Part shown: positions 27,001-38,200 of the stretch, in pieces | Layout: every line of letters begins with the position of its first letter | How positions within the stretch are numbered: position 1 is the stretch's first letter | Origin: Raillietiella orientalis | Lineage: Eukaryota | NCBI GenBank assembly: GCA_036172245.1 | Contig: JAYWIR010000015.1 | Location: forward strand, 2,728,001 to 2,792,000 | Direction: 5' to 3' | DNA length: 64,000 bases | Translations under genes and position numbers: made by a program | Notes under the pieces: model-generated | Database searches by the model: none | Told to the model about the DNA's origin: nothing | What the model saw: only the letters and a program-made list of their open reading frames with translations

Positions 27001-27757
27001 CTGAGGAACAGTCTTTCATCTTCTTTCGCTGGATCTCTGGCGCTCTGACTCAGCGCTTGTTCGCTAAGCGTCTCTTCACAAGCACGACCGGCCAGCCACT
27101 TGCCAAGGCAGCAGCTGTGTAGTTCTGCTCCCGGAACCTCCCGCGAACGAACCTCGGGCAATTATTGCTTATTCTTCGCTCTTTCGGCGCTCTTGTCGAG
27201 CACGCGCACGGAGCGCAATCTACTAGGCTCGGCGGCCAAAAAAGGGCAGCAGTCTCGTGGTCAAGTGTCAAGGCTCAGCGAGAGGGACATTGTCCGGTGA
27301 TGCGCGGTCAGCGGGTGAGAAACCGCAGGCGCGCCTCTTCACTCCTTTCCTCGAGTCGTCATGGCAGCTGTGTGCTGAGCGTGGAAGGACCAACGTGAAG
27401 CCGGCGAAGGTACCACTTGAAGTTCGCAGTGTCGATCCTCCCATCTCTCTTGTCCTTCCGATGGATTGATGTGAATCCCAGAGCAGCATTCCACTTCATC
27501 CGGGGAATGCCTGTCGCATTGCCGGAATCATTCCTTCCGCTTCCTACGCTCTACCTGCCTGCAGTTCCCCCTCCTCCGGACTACCCTTGCGACTCTGCCA
27601 GATTAGGGAAAATTCGGTCGATTCGGAACTTTCCTAGTCCTCCAGATGCCGAGAAGCATCCATCCACCCGCGGAAGAACATCCGAAGATCCGCTTCGCAC
27701 TCTGGGAGGTCACGAACGAATTGCAGACGGTTTCTCTGGAACAGTGGAGCCAGTAGT

Positions 27758-28076
27758 TCAGACAGCACTTATCAGATAGGAACTCTGAGGTCGATGTCCC
27801 CTCTCTCTGGCGAACTCGGTGGGGCCGAAGACGAGCAAACATTTTCTGGAGACTAGACGCGGGATGGTCGCTGTCCTTAGGCGTCTCCATCTGCAGAGGA
27901 GTCTCTTCTCTCTGTGTGCTTGTCCTCGAGCGCTCTTCGAGTTCGTGAGCTCTTGAAGAGGGTTGTCTCGTAAAGGAAGGGGGGCAGGAAGGGGAATGTT
28001 CCTGGAGTGCGGAGTGCTTGCTTGCTGTGCACCAACGGCTTCAGCGCGCGCTTGAGGCACCGCCACTGGATGTGCG
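27758..28076 (+). repeat. Dispersed direct repeat A, copy 1 (319 bp)
   Basis: Near-identical to 30471-30789 (tcagacagcacttatcagatag...ccactggatgtgcg); about 5 substitutions seen by eye. Confidence 0.92.
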
Positions 28077-30470
28077 AGCATGGGTTCCGGATTCCACCGT
28101 TCTTTTGTCAAGGAACTCGGATCGACTTGTTCCTGGCCTTCTATCTGGAACGAACACCGCCCTTCGGAATGTGCACAGTATGTCATTCCCCTGTGGTTTA
28201 GGTAGAAGGCGATCAGAGCGCTCTTGCTCGAAGCACGATTTCTCGAAAAGCGCCTCCCATCTTTCGGGGAAACATAGAACCAAAAAAAAAACATCTATGG
28301 ACTTGGCACGATCGCAGTTCCCGAGGAGACGAGCTGCAACGGCTGCTCCAAGATGCCGTCGCGGGCACTCCTGACTCCTAGTTTGTTCCTTTAGTCGCAA
28401 TTTTACCTCGTTTCACCCTGACCTTATGAATTCCTAGAAAGCGCACTACACTCGTATCTATAAGTACGGGAGATCCTGTCGTCGCAGGTGGCCTCGGGCT
28501 AGGAGAATCATCTGACTTCGATGCAGTTCATTTGTCCACATACAGAGATTCTGGTGAAACGAACCCGGGGCTGCACCTTGATTGAACCATTTTGTGGCTC
28601 TTGGAACGTTAATCTCCTTCCTCCTCCATCCGTGTGTGTTGCGGGTAGCCAGATCCCTGGTCAGAGAAGGCTCATAGGATTTCTATCAGAACTGCTGTTC
28701 CTGTTGCTCGAAATCTGCTGTTTTCGGTGGAGAATAGGGATTTCCTCAGTGGAGGTGGGTTCAGTGAGTGCCAGCGGGGCACGGCGTCGGAAAGCAGCAT
28801 GGAGAGACCCTGAAGAGTCGATGCGCTCCACAAAGGCGTCTGGACCCACAGACTCCGAGGTTCCACCGGATCGTGGGCCACTGAGTCACTGGGATCGAAG
28901 CGTTCACGGAATTCCTTAATTCCCTCAGACAGTGCAGGAGGATCTCTTTCGGACGACACGTCAGAATGGGGAGGAGAAGAGTTGTGCTAGGGCAGGATTC
29001 CTGAGGCAACTCCCGGGCACTCAAGGGACGGACTGCTGTCCCTCATCGAGGGGCGTTGGCATCGATTGGGTTTCCAAGAATCTGAAGAAAAAAAGGGGAG
29101 GAAACTTCTCATCGTCATCAGTGCATGGGCATAGATACACATCTCTCGGCTTCCTGGATGAGGGAGGGGATGGAATCTGGGGATCGGGGATCACCTCGCT
29201 TGAGAGGGTGCTGCCAAGCAAATCACGGTCTGCTGCGGAAAACGAACGAAACCTCCCCATCGGCAGCGAGCTCGGTCTTCCGCCCGACCAGCTTCCGCTG
29301 ACGCCAGAAACGCGAGCACTCGTTCCCGAGAGCTGGACGGAGAGAAAGGGGAGGGGTGAGACGAGAAGACGGAAGCCTCTGCCTGAGATCGGGAGCGGAG
29401 GGTGGAGGAGGGCAGTACCCTGAAACCTTCAGGCACTCGGAGAAGCGAACCTCCAGCTCTCAGCGCCATTGGACCCTCCTTCCAGCTCATCCGGGAAAGC
29501 TCGTGAAGGAACGCAGGGATGCGAAGGCACTCCTCTTCATCCAGATGGGACTCCCTACCTCCTACTGAAGGGATGAGGCCGGCAGTGGCACTGAACTCGT
29601 TCCTTTTCCTGAACAAGGAAAACCGGGGGGAGGAGAAAAGTCGGAGGGAAGGGAGGGGTGCGTTCCTGTGAGAGTGCCTTCGGCAAGCGATGATGAAGAG
29701 GTAGGAAAAGAGGAAGCTGCACAGCTTCCACAAACTACCCTCCCACTTCCAGCTCAGCTGGTCTTTCAGGGCGCTGCTGTTTTTTTCATTTCCCTCACCT
29801 CTGTCCTGAGGGATGGGAGGGTTGAGCACATTGCAAGAGCAGCAATGCTGGCTCCTGCCTGTGGATGCCACCTACCCCTTTCTTCCTCATAAGAGAGCTC
29901 CTGAGATCCAATCATCAGGAGAAAGGAAGGAAAACGTCCTCTCCATGACGTCTCTCCAGGTGTCAACGGGAAGTAAGAGCCCTCCCTCACGTACGAGGCG
30001 CGTGCCCTTCGGAGCGAAGGCTCATCCGTGGGGCTTCCCGGGCTGCTACTGTTCTTGCTGCCTCGACGAAGTGTCCCAAAAGGTTACCAAAGGCAGCCCC
30101 TCTTCAGGAAATCAGCGGAGGCCGTGGAAGTCATCAAGTCTTGCTGGTGAGAATGCCTTAGGAGCAGTAGCAGCCCGCTCCTCCCCTTTTCCATTTTAGA
30201 GCAGATCGCTCTCCCTCTTTTCAGGAAGACGTACCACTCTGGTATATCCCTCAGGAACCTCCAGGCTGCCTGTGCCACCTTTGCTCTCGCGTGGTACGGC
30301 ATCGAAGGCCTAGGACTCCAAGTCGCCAACACCCTCCACGGGAAGGGGGTAGCCTCAAAGAATAGGTGGAAAAAAAAGAAGTGAGGATGAAGGAGTGAAA
30401 GAGACGGGAGGTGGCGGTGGCTGGCGGCAGCTCAGCCTGGCCACTGCCGTGATAACCAGAGCCTGCAAGC

Positions 30471-30789
30471 TCAGACAGCACTTATCAGATAGTAGCTCTG
30501 AGGTCGATGTCCTCTCTCTCTGGCGAACTCGGTGGGGTCGAAGACGAGCAAACATTTTCTGGAGACTAGACGCGGGATGGTCGCTGTCCTTAGGCGTCTC
30601 CATCTGCAGAGGAGTCTCTTCTCTCTGTGTGCTTGTCCTCGAGCGCTCTTCGAGTTCGTGAGCTCTTGAAGAGGGTTGTCTCGTAAAGGAAGGGGGGCAG
30701 GAAGGGGAATGTTCCTGGAGTGCGGAGTGCTTGCTTGCTGTGCACCAACGGCTTCAGCGCGCGCTTGACGCACCGCCACTGGATGTGCG
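30471..30789 (+). repeat. Dispersed direct repeat A, copy 2 (319 bp)
   Basis: Near-identical to 27758-28076; the ORF track shows the same METPKDSDHPASSLQKMFARLRPHRVRQRE peptide in both. Confidence 0.92.
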
Positions 30790-31636
30790 TCCTGTCCGGA
30801 CGAGGCCCTCCGGACAGGAACGCTTTATGGGAGGACTGGCGTCCCGGCAACCGTGCAGACTTCAGCTTCGGAGAAGACCTGAATCTCAGGTATCGGAACG
30901 CAGTAGCAGAGAGGCGGCATTTTCCTGGAAATCCGCCACCCGAGAAAAGCAGGTGGATCCGGAAATGGCTCCAGGAGACTCCCCCTCTCCCATTAATTCC
31001 CCAAACTTTTGGGGGGCGATTTAGTTCGCACGTGTCGATGTCCTCTCGGCCTTAATCAGATTGCCTCGGGGGAGTCTTCTGAAGCCATTTGGAGCTAATT
31101 CATCTGGAGATGCTGAGGTACCTTGCCGGGGGGTCTCCATTGTCCAGGAGGTCCGAATTTCTTCCCTCCCCTCTTCTTAAGAATCCTCTTCCTACCAGGA
31201 GGGCTGCAAGGCCTCTGCGAGCTCGTTGCCATGGAGATCACTCCTTGTCCAGGTGCAGAGGACTCTCTGGCTGGGCGCGGCGGTAGAAAGGAAAGGAGAA
31301 TGATGACGATGGGATTGCGGAATGAGGAGGTATGGGGGGCACAAGAGGACAGAGGATCCTTTGCCCGACCTCCTAAGGGACCACCCTCCTCGGATAGCCC
31401 TTTAATTTGAGTGCTGCACGCGCAGCAACATCCCTCACCATGCCCACCTGCATTCAGAGCTCCGAACCACTATAGGAAACCGGGAACAGAGAGGGAACGC
31501 CATTTTTCCCTGCAAATGCCCTCTTTCTCTGACCCTCACCCTTATTCTCTCGTCCTTCTCTTCCCAAGAGATTCAGAAAGATAAAAAAAGACTTTTTTTT
31601 TCTGGCCCAGAGTGTCGGGGGAGGGATCAGAAGATG

Positions 31637-31642
31637 TTTATT
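31637..31642 (-). terminator. Polyadenylation signal AATAAA of the GGYGH gene
   Basis: AATAAA on the minus strand ~90 nt after the stop, followed by a T-rich downstream stretch. Confidence 0.65.
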
Positions 31643-31730
31643 CTATGGCGTTTCGCCCCCGGCTGCGTTTCTCTAGCTACCGTGAGGAGGGGGGGAGAAA
31701 GGGAGAGTGGGACTCCTGTGGGTTCAGGGC

Positions 31731-32114
31731 CTAGTGGTGGTACCCGCCTCCTCCCGCCTTGAAGTTGATGTTGTACGCTTCGTCGTAGCCTTCCCGGGAC
31801 ACTTTGACGGCTCCGGCCCCGTAGGGTTGATAGTATCCGTAGGCGAAGTTCCCGGTCCCATAGGCGCCGTCGTCGTATGAGTCATGACCGTAGCCTCCGT
31901 GGCCGTAGCCTCCGTGGCCGTAGCCCCCGTGGCCATAGCCCCCGTGGCCGTGGCCCCCGTGGCCGTAGCCTCCGTGGCCGTACCCGTCTCCCATGACGAC
32001 CGCGACCACTCCCAAGAGGATCTGGAAAGGAAGAAGGGACGTGGTGCCATCGGCCGCCACAAACCACCCTCCCATTCCCTTCCTTACACCGAGCAGAGAA
32101 GCGAGCTGGTTCAT
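31731..32114 (-). CDS. Small secreted Gly/Tyr/His-rich protein (cuticular-protein-like or Gly/His-rich antimicrobial-like); exons 32114-32088 and 32021-31731, 105 aa after splicing
   Basis: Kozak gccgccgccATG at 32114. An in-frame 66-nt intron at 32087-32022 (GTAAGG...cttcttcctttcCAG), once removed, gives the signal peptide MNQLASLLGILLGVVAVVMG followed by D(GYGHG)~7 and a Tyr/Gly-rich tail ending GGGGYHH*. There is a TATA-like box upstream and AATAAA downstream. Confidence 0.85.
   Translation of the reverse strand: MNQLASLLGVRKGMGGWFVAADGTTSLLPFQILLGVVAVVMGDGYGHGGYGHGGHGHGGYGHGGYGHGGYGHGGYGHDSYDDGAYGTGNFAYGYYQPYGAGAVKVSREGYDEAYNINFKAGGGGYHH
31884..31985 (-). repeat. 15-bp coding tandem repeat (GGYGH units, ~7 copies)
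   Basis: ccgtagcc(t/c)ccgtgg repeated on the plus strand. Confidence 0.9.
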
Positions 32115-32163
32115 GGCGGCGGCTTAGCTGCAACCCGAATGTCCTGGAAGGCGCCCAGGCCGC

Positions 32164-32173
32164 TCTCATATAC
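32164..32173 (-). promoter_or_regulatory. TATA-like box of the GGYGH gene
   Basis: Minus strand gTATATGAga, ~55 nt upstream of the ATG, with an Inr-like gACATTc ~30 nt downstream. Confidence 0.55.
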
Positions 32174-34769
32174 CGGGAGTCCGCGGCGGTCCAGTGAGTC
32201 CGAGCAGGGACGTGCGGCCGGCTCCGAAGGACGGGCGGACGCTCTTGCGACACCACGCGGCAAATGGCGCGGCAAACGAGCGCCGCCGTCAGCCGCTCGT
32301 TAGGCTGGAGGGGACTTGCGCAATCTCACAGGCAGGAGAGGAAGGAGGGGAAGATTTGACCGGGGGGTCTCCCCGGGTACGAGTATAAGGGGAGAGGGAA
32401 GAAAGGGGATGAGGGAAGGCGCCCGGTTCCCTATGCGCTCCGCTTCCGCTTTCCAAGGTTGCTCTCCTCGACCCTTGGGAAGATCTAGAACTCTGGAATC
32501 GGGCAGCGCCTCCATCCACGTCGACCCGGGAAGGGAAGGAGGTGGCGATGGCCAGTTCCTTAAATACCCATCACTTCCGCTTGCTCTTCCCTTTCGCGCG
32601 GCGGGAATGCGTCCACCGATTTCCTGCTCTCCATTCACACCCCTGCTAGAGAGCTCGAGAGGAATCGGAAGGGGGCGTACCCTGCTCTCCCTTTCGATTT
32701 CCATCCGTGGCTTCCCTTTATCTCCCATTCCTGTGCGGGGGAGGCGGCGGGGGTGGTGACCTGCTGTCCTCCTCTGTGGGATCGTACACGAAGGAGAGAA
32801 GCGCCGATGGGGGAGGGGGAAGCGGATTTGAGGAGCGGAGACAAGGGAGTCCCGGAACGGCATAGAAGAGAAGCGGCAGATGCAAGAGCGCCCTTCTGGA
32901 CTTCGCCTCCCTAGCGATCCCAGACGCTCCCTCCTTTTCCTTTTCTCCGGCCCTTTGCGGCCTCTTTGACAATGCGAGGGGCATCCGTTTCCATCCAAGA
33001 GAGGCGAGGAGGAGGGGAAGGAGGGAGGAACGAGTGCCTCCCAGCAGACGAAAGGGGAGAGAGGGGTCTGAGAGTAGTTGCATCCCAGGGAGTCCTGGGA
33101 CCGTTCCTCTTCGTACTGCTGGCGGGGACATCGTTCCCTGAACGCTGTGCCTCCTCCTTACCCGCGCTCCCTCGCTCGCCTATCCTCATCCCTGCGAGCG
33201 TAGCGTCTCAGGATGCTCGCCCGTTTCCCGGAGGAACGCTCCCAGCCCAGGTTTCTCTCCAGACCGGCACCATGGTCTTGCCACTCCTGTGGCGGCCCGG
33301 GTTCCTCGGAGTTTTGCCAGGACCGATGAAGAGCAGGAAGCTCACCAGAACCTCCGGAATTCGCCTCACCCCTTCGCTGCGTTCAGGGAGCGTTCCCGTG
33401 CTCTCCTGCCATGCACTTGCGCTCGAGAGTTCATGCGAAAGGACGGAAGTGAACAAGGCATTGGTCACACCCAGCGGTGCAACGTTGCTCTGCCGTCTGG
33501 GGACGGAGGCCATGGAGGTGGCACACGGTGGCGATAGCTGAGTGGCGCGGCAAGGGGCAAGAGAAGACCTAGTCGTCAGGAGCTGAGGATGTTGCTCAAG
33601 GGGCCATACAGGACAGGGTGGGAAGGAACGGGCGCTCCTCCTTCCCTTTCCGGAGGAAATCCAAAGACGACCGGTCCTTGGACTTCCTCTCCTCCTCCTC
33701 CTCTTCCCTTCCTCCTCCTTCCCCTCCCCTGCCAAGACCCCGGTGGCCTTCCGGATGGCATGGGGCGGCTCCACCTCCCGAAGGAAAGCTGCTCTGACGG
33801 TAGGACGGCGGAGAAGCCTCGCCGTCTCTCCGGTGCTTCCCTGACGCAGCCAGTCCTGCGGGCAAGAAGCTCACCCACGAGGATGGCGTGGGAAAGTGGG
33901 GAAACAGTCTCTCTGTTGCTTCCCTTCCCGAGAGGAAGTCGCCGCCTCTTGGTCGGGTTAAACGACACATTCCCCTCCTCCTAAACGCACACACATCCAG
34001 ACCTGCTATCAGTCCCTCCTCTTCCAGATAAAAAAAAAAAAGGAAGGACGAGATGATCCTTTTCCCCTCTGCTCCTTCCTCTTCCTTCCATCCATCAACT
34101 GAATCTCAAGCGGATTGAAACGCCAGAAACTCAGGAAGGCAGAGAGTAAGAAGCGTTGCCCGCCAGCCATTCCCCTTCGAGCCGCTCTTCCTTCAGCGCC
34201 TCGCCTGACGACCGCTCTTCCCCCTCGTCTCCCAAGCCGTTCAGGGGCGCATCTGCCGGCACCATCGGCAAGAGCGATCGCCCCGACCTCTCTCCTCTCG
34301 GAGCCCAGGCGGGTGCCCCGGTCGGGTCCGCCTCGAGAGAGACGCGAGAAAAACAAGGCAGGAAGGGAGAAGACGCTCCCGGGCGGCGGGTAGTGCGCCC
34401 TCCCGGGATCGATCGGAAGCGTTTCGGGACGGCACTTTTTGCTCCCTTCCCTCCCCTCCGCGCGCAAATGTGCCCCGCGCGATATAAAAATAATCTTTCG
34501 ACACTTCCAGCCATCGACACTTCGCCGGCAGATAAACGAAATCTCTCTCGCGAAACTTCAAAGGGCCCGACCCGCGTCTGCCGAGCCGAGCCGATGGCCC
34601 CAGAGTGAGCAGATGAGCTCCTGCGAAGCGCCAGTTTCTGCTTCGCTCGTCCGCTCGCGCGTGCGTGCGCGCGCGTTCAGCGCGCGATGCGAAAGTTCGT
34701 CCCCCTCCCTCCCCTTCCTCCTTCCCTTCTCCTCGGGCTGCGCGCGCTGACCCGGTGCCTGTGAGTTTT

Positions 34770-35200
34770 AGGACACGGAATTTATGGATCAATACAGTTA
34801 AAATCAGGCTTCCAGGTTTCCTTGGTGAGGTCGTGATGGAGGCTGCGATTAGAGGCGGCACCATAAGAAAACTTCATTACAGTGTAGCAGATTAGAGAGG
34901 AGAAATTACATGCTGGAACGCTGCCAGCGAATGGCACGTATCTCCCAAGGACGGAAATTATTTATGGATAATTAAATCCGCCGAGCTGCCTGCTGCCATC
35001 TAGAGAGCATTTGTTGCTATCGCGCGCTCTTCGTTACCACACTCCGACGTGAAAGGTAATCACGGAAAATCAAAGATGAAGTAATCGAATGAAGGCGATA
35101 ATAATAATAATAATAATCAGGAGGAGATTGAAAATAATCAAACTAGAATAAATAAAATGTAGCCAAGCAGCCAGAGCGGCTGGTGAGTCAAATCCGTTTG
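34770..35200. promoter_or_regulatory. AT-rich island with homeodomain-type and CTCF-like motifs; candidate enhancer/insulator
   Basis: Abrupt compositional shift, two TTTATGG motifs, many TAAT/ATTA cores, minus-strand CTCTAGATGGCAGCA near 34991-35007, and (AAT)n near 35098-35117. Confidence 0.4.
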
Positions 35201-38200
35201 AAATGAGACCTAAGCTTCCACCATCACTACGTGAAACCACGCATCCTTCCGGATGATTCGTTCCGTGCACGGCAGAGGGCATTAGAACGTTGCGCCTCTC
35301 CGGCGTCGATCAGCTTTTCCGCGTTCACGAAAAAAAAAATAAAAGTAAAAAAAAAAACTCCTCCAGATGAATACCGTCCGGAAGAGCCGCAGTTCGTATC
35401 TGGCGAGGGTAGGGGCGAGAGTCCCCTCTTCACTGCATGCCTGCTCGCCCAATGCTCCGTTGCACTCTGGAGAAAAAATCTTCCCATCCTCCCCCTCCCC
35501 ACTTGCTCCACTCCCTACTTTTTTCGCAAGGGGTGCTTTCACGCGCAGGCAATTCGACCTGCGCGATGAGGAGTTCTGCTTCAGGTGTGTGCTGACCAGC
35601 GTGACCGTGCATTGCGATATGCGTTGCCGAACCGTCTTCGGATGAGTCTGCTGCTGCGCACTCATCGTTCTTCCCGGTTCCTCCCCGGAAGGCGCCGTCA
35701 CCGTGCTCGGACCTCGCGTTGAATCTTCTGGCGAACTGCCGTTCCAGCCAACGACGGCAAGGACGCATGGTTCGCGAGAGTGCCGAAGAACGTGCACTGC
35801 GACCCTGTCCAGGAAAATGAATCTCGGAATTTTACGATCCCCCCCCCCTTCTTACTCGCGTAATCGCTGCTTGCCTCTGCCACTGGCGCCGAGAGAGATC
35901 GGGAAGCAGAGTGTGTCTGCTTCCGCTTGGGAGACTCCCCGAGTTGGGAGTGGCAAACAAGGAGGTCCTTTGCCACCGTTTGGGCTGGTTTCCTTGACTT
36001 CCAGAGGGTCCGGATGCTCCCTGGACCACTGGCTCCCACGATAAACAGTGACGGACGTTGCTCAGACCCATTTGGCAAATTGAACAGTTGTGGACGCTGC
36101 ACAAAGTGAGGCGAACCATCTCGGGAGTCCCAGGGAGGGCCACCAATCCACGCTTTCCCGCGAAAACTGGGACGCGGAATTACTCACCCAGGGTGCACTC
36201 GGAATCGCGAAAACAGATTTTTCTCCACCGGACCCAAAGGGGATTGAGCGGTGGGAGTCGCAGAGAAGGGAACTGGAGGGAGGGGGAGAAGAAAGAAGAC
36301 CAGAGGACCGGAGTGAGACCTGCCTGCTGGATCGTGGAAACAGAGAGGTCCCGGTGGGACTTCCGGAACAGCGGCAGTGCGGCCAATCCCGACAGTGGAA
36401 CTCTAGCGGACCGTGGGTCGAAAAAGCCTCCTTCTCAACGTACAGGTGCGGGAGGACCACAAAGTGGATGAACACCTGGAGCGCCGAAGCGACAGAGCTG
36501 ACCACATGGAAACTTATTCTGAGCGCCTCCCGACAGGGGTGAGCTTCCCTCGAGAGCCAGGGAACCGTGCACTCTTCGGTGAACGTTGCTCGCGTCCTCG
36601 GAGTGGGAAGGAAGCGCCTTCCAGGAACCGCTCCCGTTACGCCGTGCCCAGGAACAGGGATCGTAGTGCCTTATGTTAAGCGGAAGGATTTTCGAAGCGT
36701 GATGTCAGCGTGGCTGGTGTGGTGATCCCCACTTCTTTTCGGCCGCCTGCATCTTTACGTTTTCCCTATCTGAGGGCATACTGGTCCGACGGAGAGCAAC
36801 ATCCTGATGAAGCCAGGATCTGCAACTTCTTGTCCTAGGAAAACACCCAAGGTCAGATTGAAACGGTTGTACAAGACTGGGATCATCCCGCCGAACCTCA
36901 GAGGGAAGCTGTGGCCATGCAGATGAGGTCAAGCAGGTGGGAAGAACCTCCGGAAGGCAGCAAGGAAGCTGACAGGATTACATCCCACTTTGGGAGGCTC
37001 CGTGCTTTCGCGGAAGGTACCCTGGCGATCTCTTTGACTTCAGTCTCCCGAACCCGTTCCCAGGAGCCCGTTGGGAGAAGATTCCAAAGTGCGAATCCGA
37101 AGGCGCTTCCCGGGATCGCTGCCAGCGTGCGTGATACCTACCAGCACTTACCGCGGGGCACATTCTGACTTGCCAGAGGCCAGGAGAAGGATCGGGGATC
37201 CTTCTCCTGGCCTCGCATCCTGCAGGGGGGTCTTCTCACTTTGGAAGGACACTTAGGGAGAGTAGGGACATCACGTCCGGCTCAGGGCGGGCGTGGAAGC
37301 ACCTGGAGGCGCGGGAAGCGATTCTCTTCCTGGAGCGATCCCAACAGCGGAAACCGCACCGGTTCGAACGGAAGGAGCGACTCTATGGAGGAACAGGGAA
37401 GTGCGGAGGTTCCCCCGTTTGGCTCTTTCCTTCCCCATCCCGGCCGCCGTCACCAGTCCCATCCCTTGGCCTGCCTGCAAGCTTTGCATCTTTTCGCCCC
37501 TTCCATTCCTTCCTAGCTGTCCCATATGCCTGCTGCGGGATACCGACTGATCAACCGGGTCCTGTGGGAGGGGCACTACCATCCCTCCGCTATTGAATCA
37601 CAGCTCGAGGAGGAATAAGCGAAAGGGGATGAGGGAGGGAGGCAGAGTCAGGGGTGCTAGGACGGCTGCTCGCATTTCCCGCGTGGAAGAAGTCCCACGT
37701 CCCAGTCACACATCCCTTTGAAGGGGAGCTGGAGCGGTCCGGATGCTTCAAGCTGCAGTAGAAACCGAGAGGGGAGGATTGCGTGGGATGGAAGGGTGGA
37801 AAGGGGAATAAGGTGGCTGCTGTCATCCGTTCGGGCGCGGTGTACTCCCGCGTGACCTTTGTCGAGCTCACCTTCCTCACTTCTTCACTTCGTGGAAATT
37901 ACGGGAAACTGGAATCTCCCGTATCGCTCCGGGATGCTATCAGGGAGAGCGGGATGCTCCCGATTTCTTGCGTGGCGTCCCGTCAAGTGAGCAACCTGTC
38001 TCACATCTCGGTTAAGGGGATCCCTGAACTCCCAAAATATGGAGGAGCGGCTCAGGAGGGAATGCTGCTCCCTTCCGAGGGCTCCGTGAGATAAGGGAAG
38101 CTGTGGATTCACTCTTCCACCGTCCACCTCCATCCCAGATGCTGCCACCATCGTCTGGACGGTTCTTGGGGAGCGCGTGCTCGTGACGAAGAGGAAGAGG

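Noticed and set aside
27603..27890. Insulin A-chain-like CC motif (SDKCCLNYWLHCSRETVC)
   Set aside because: Cys spacing is not CC-x3-C-x8-C, there is no B chain or signal peptide, and the ORF crosses a repeat boundary.
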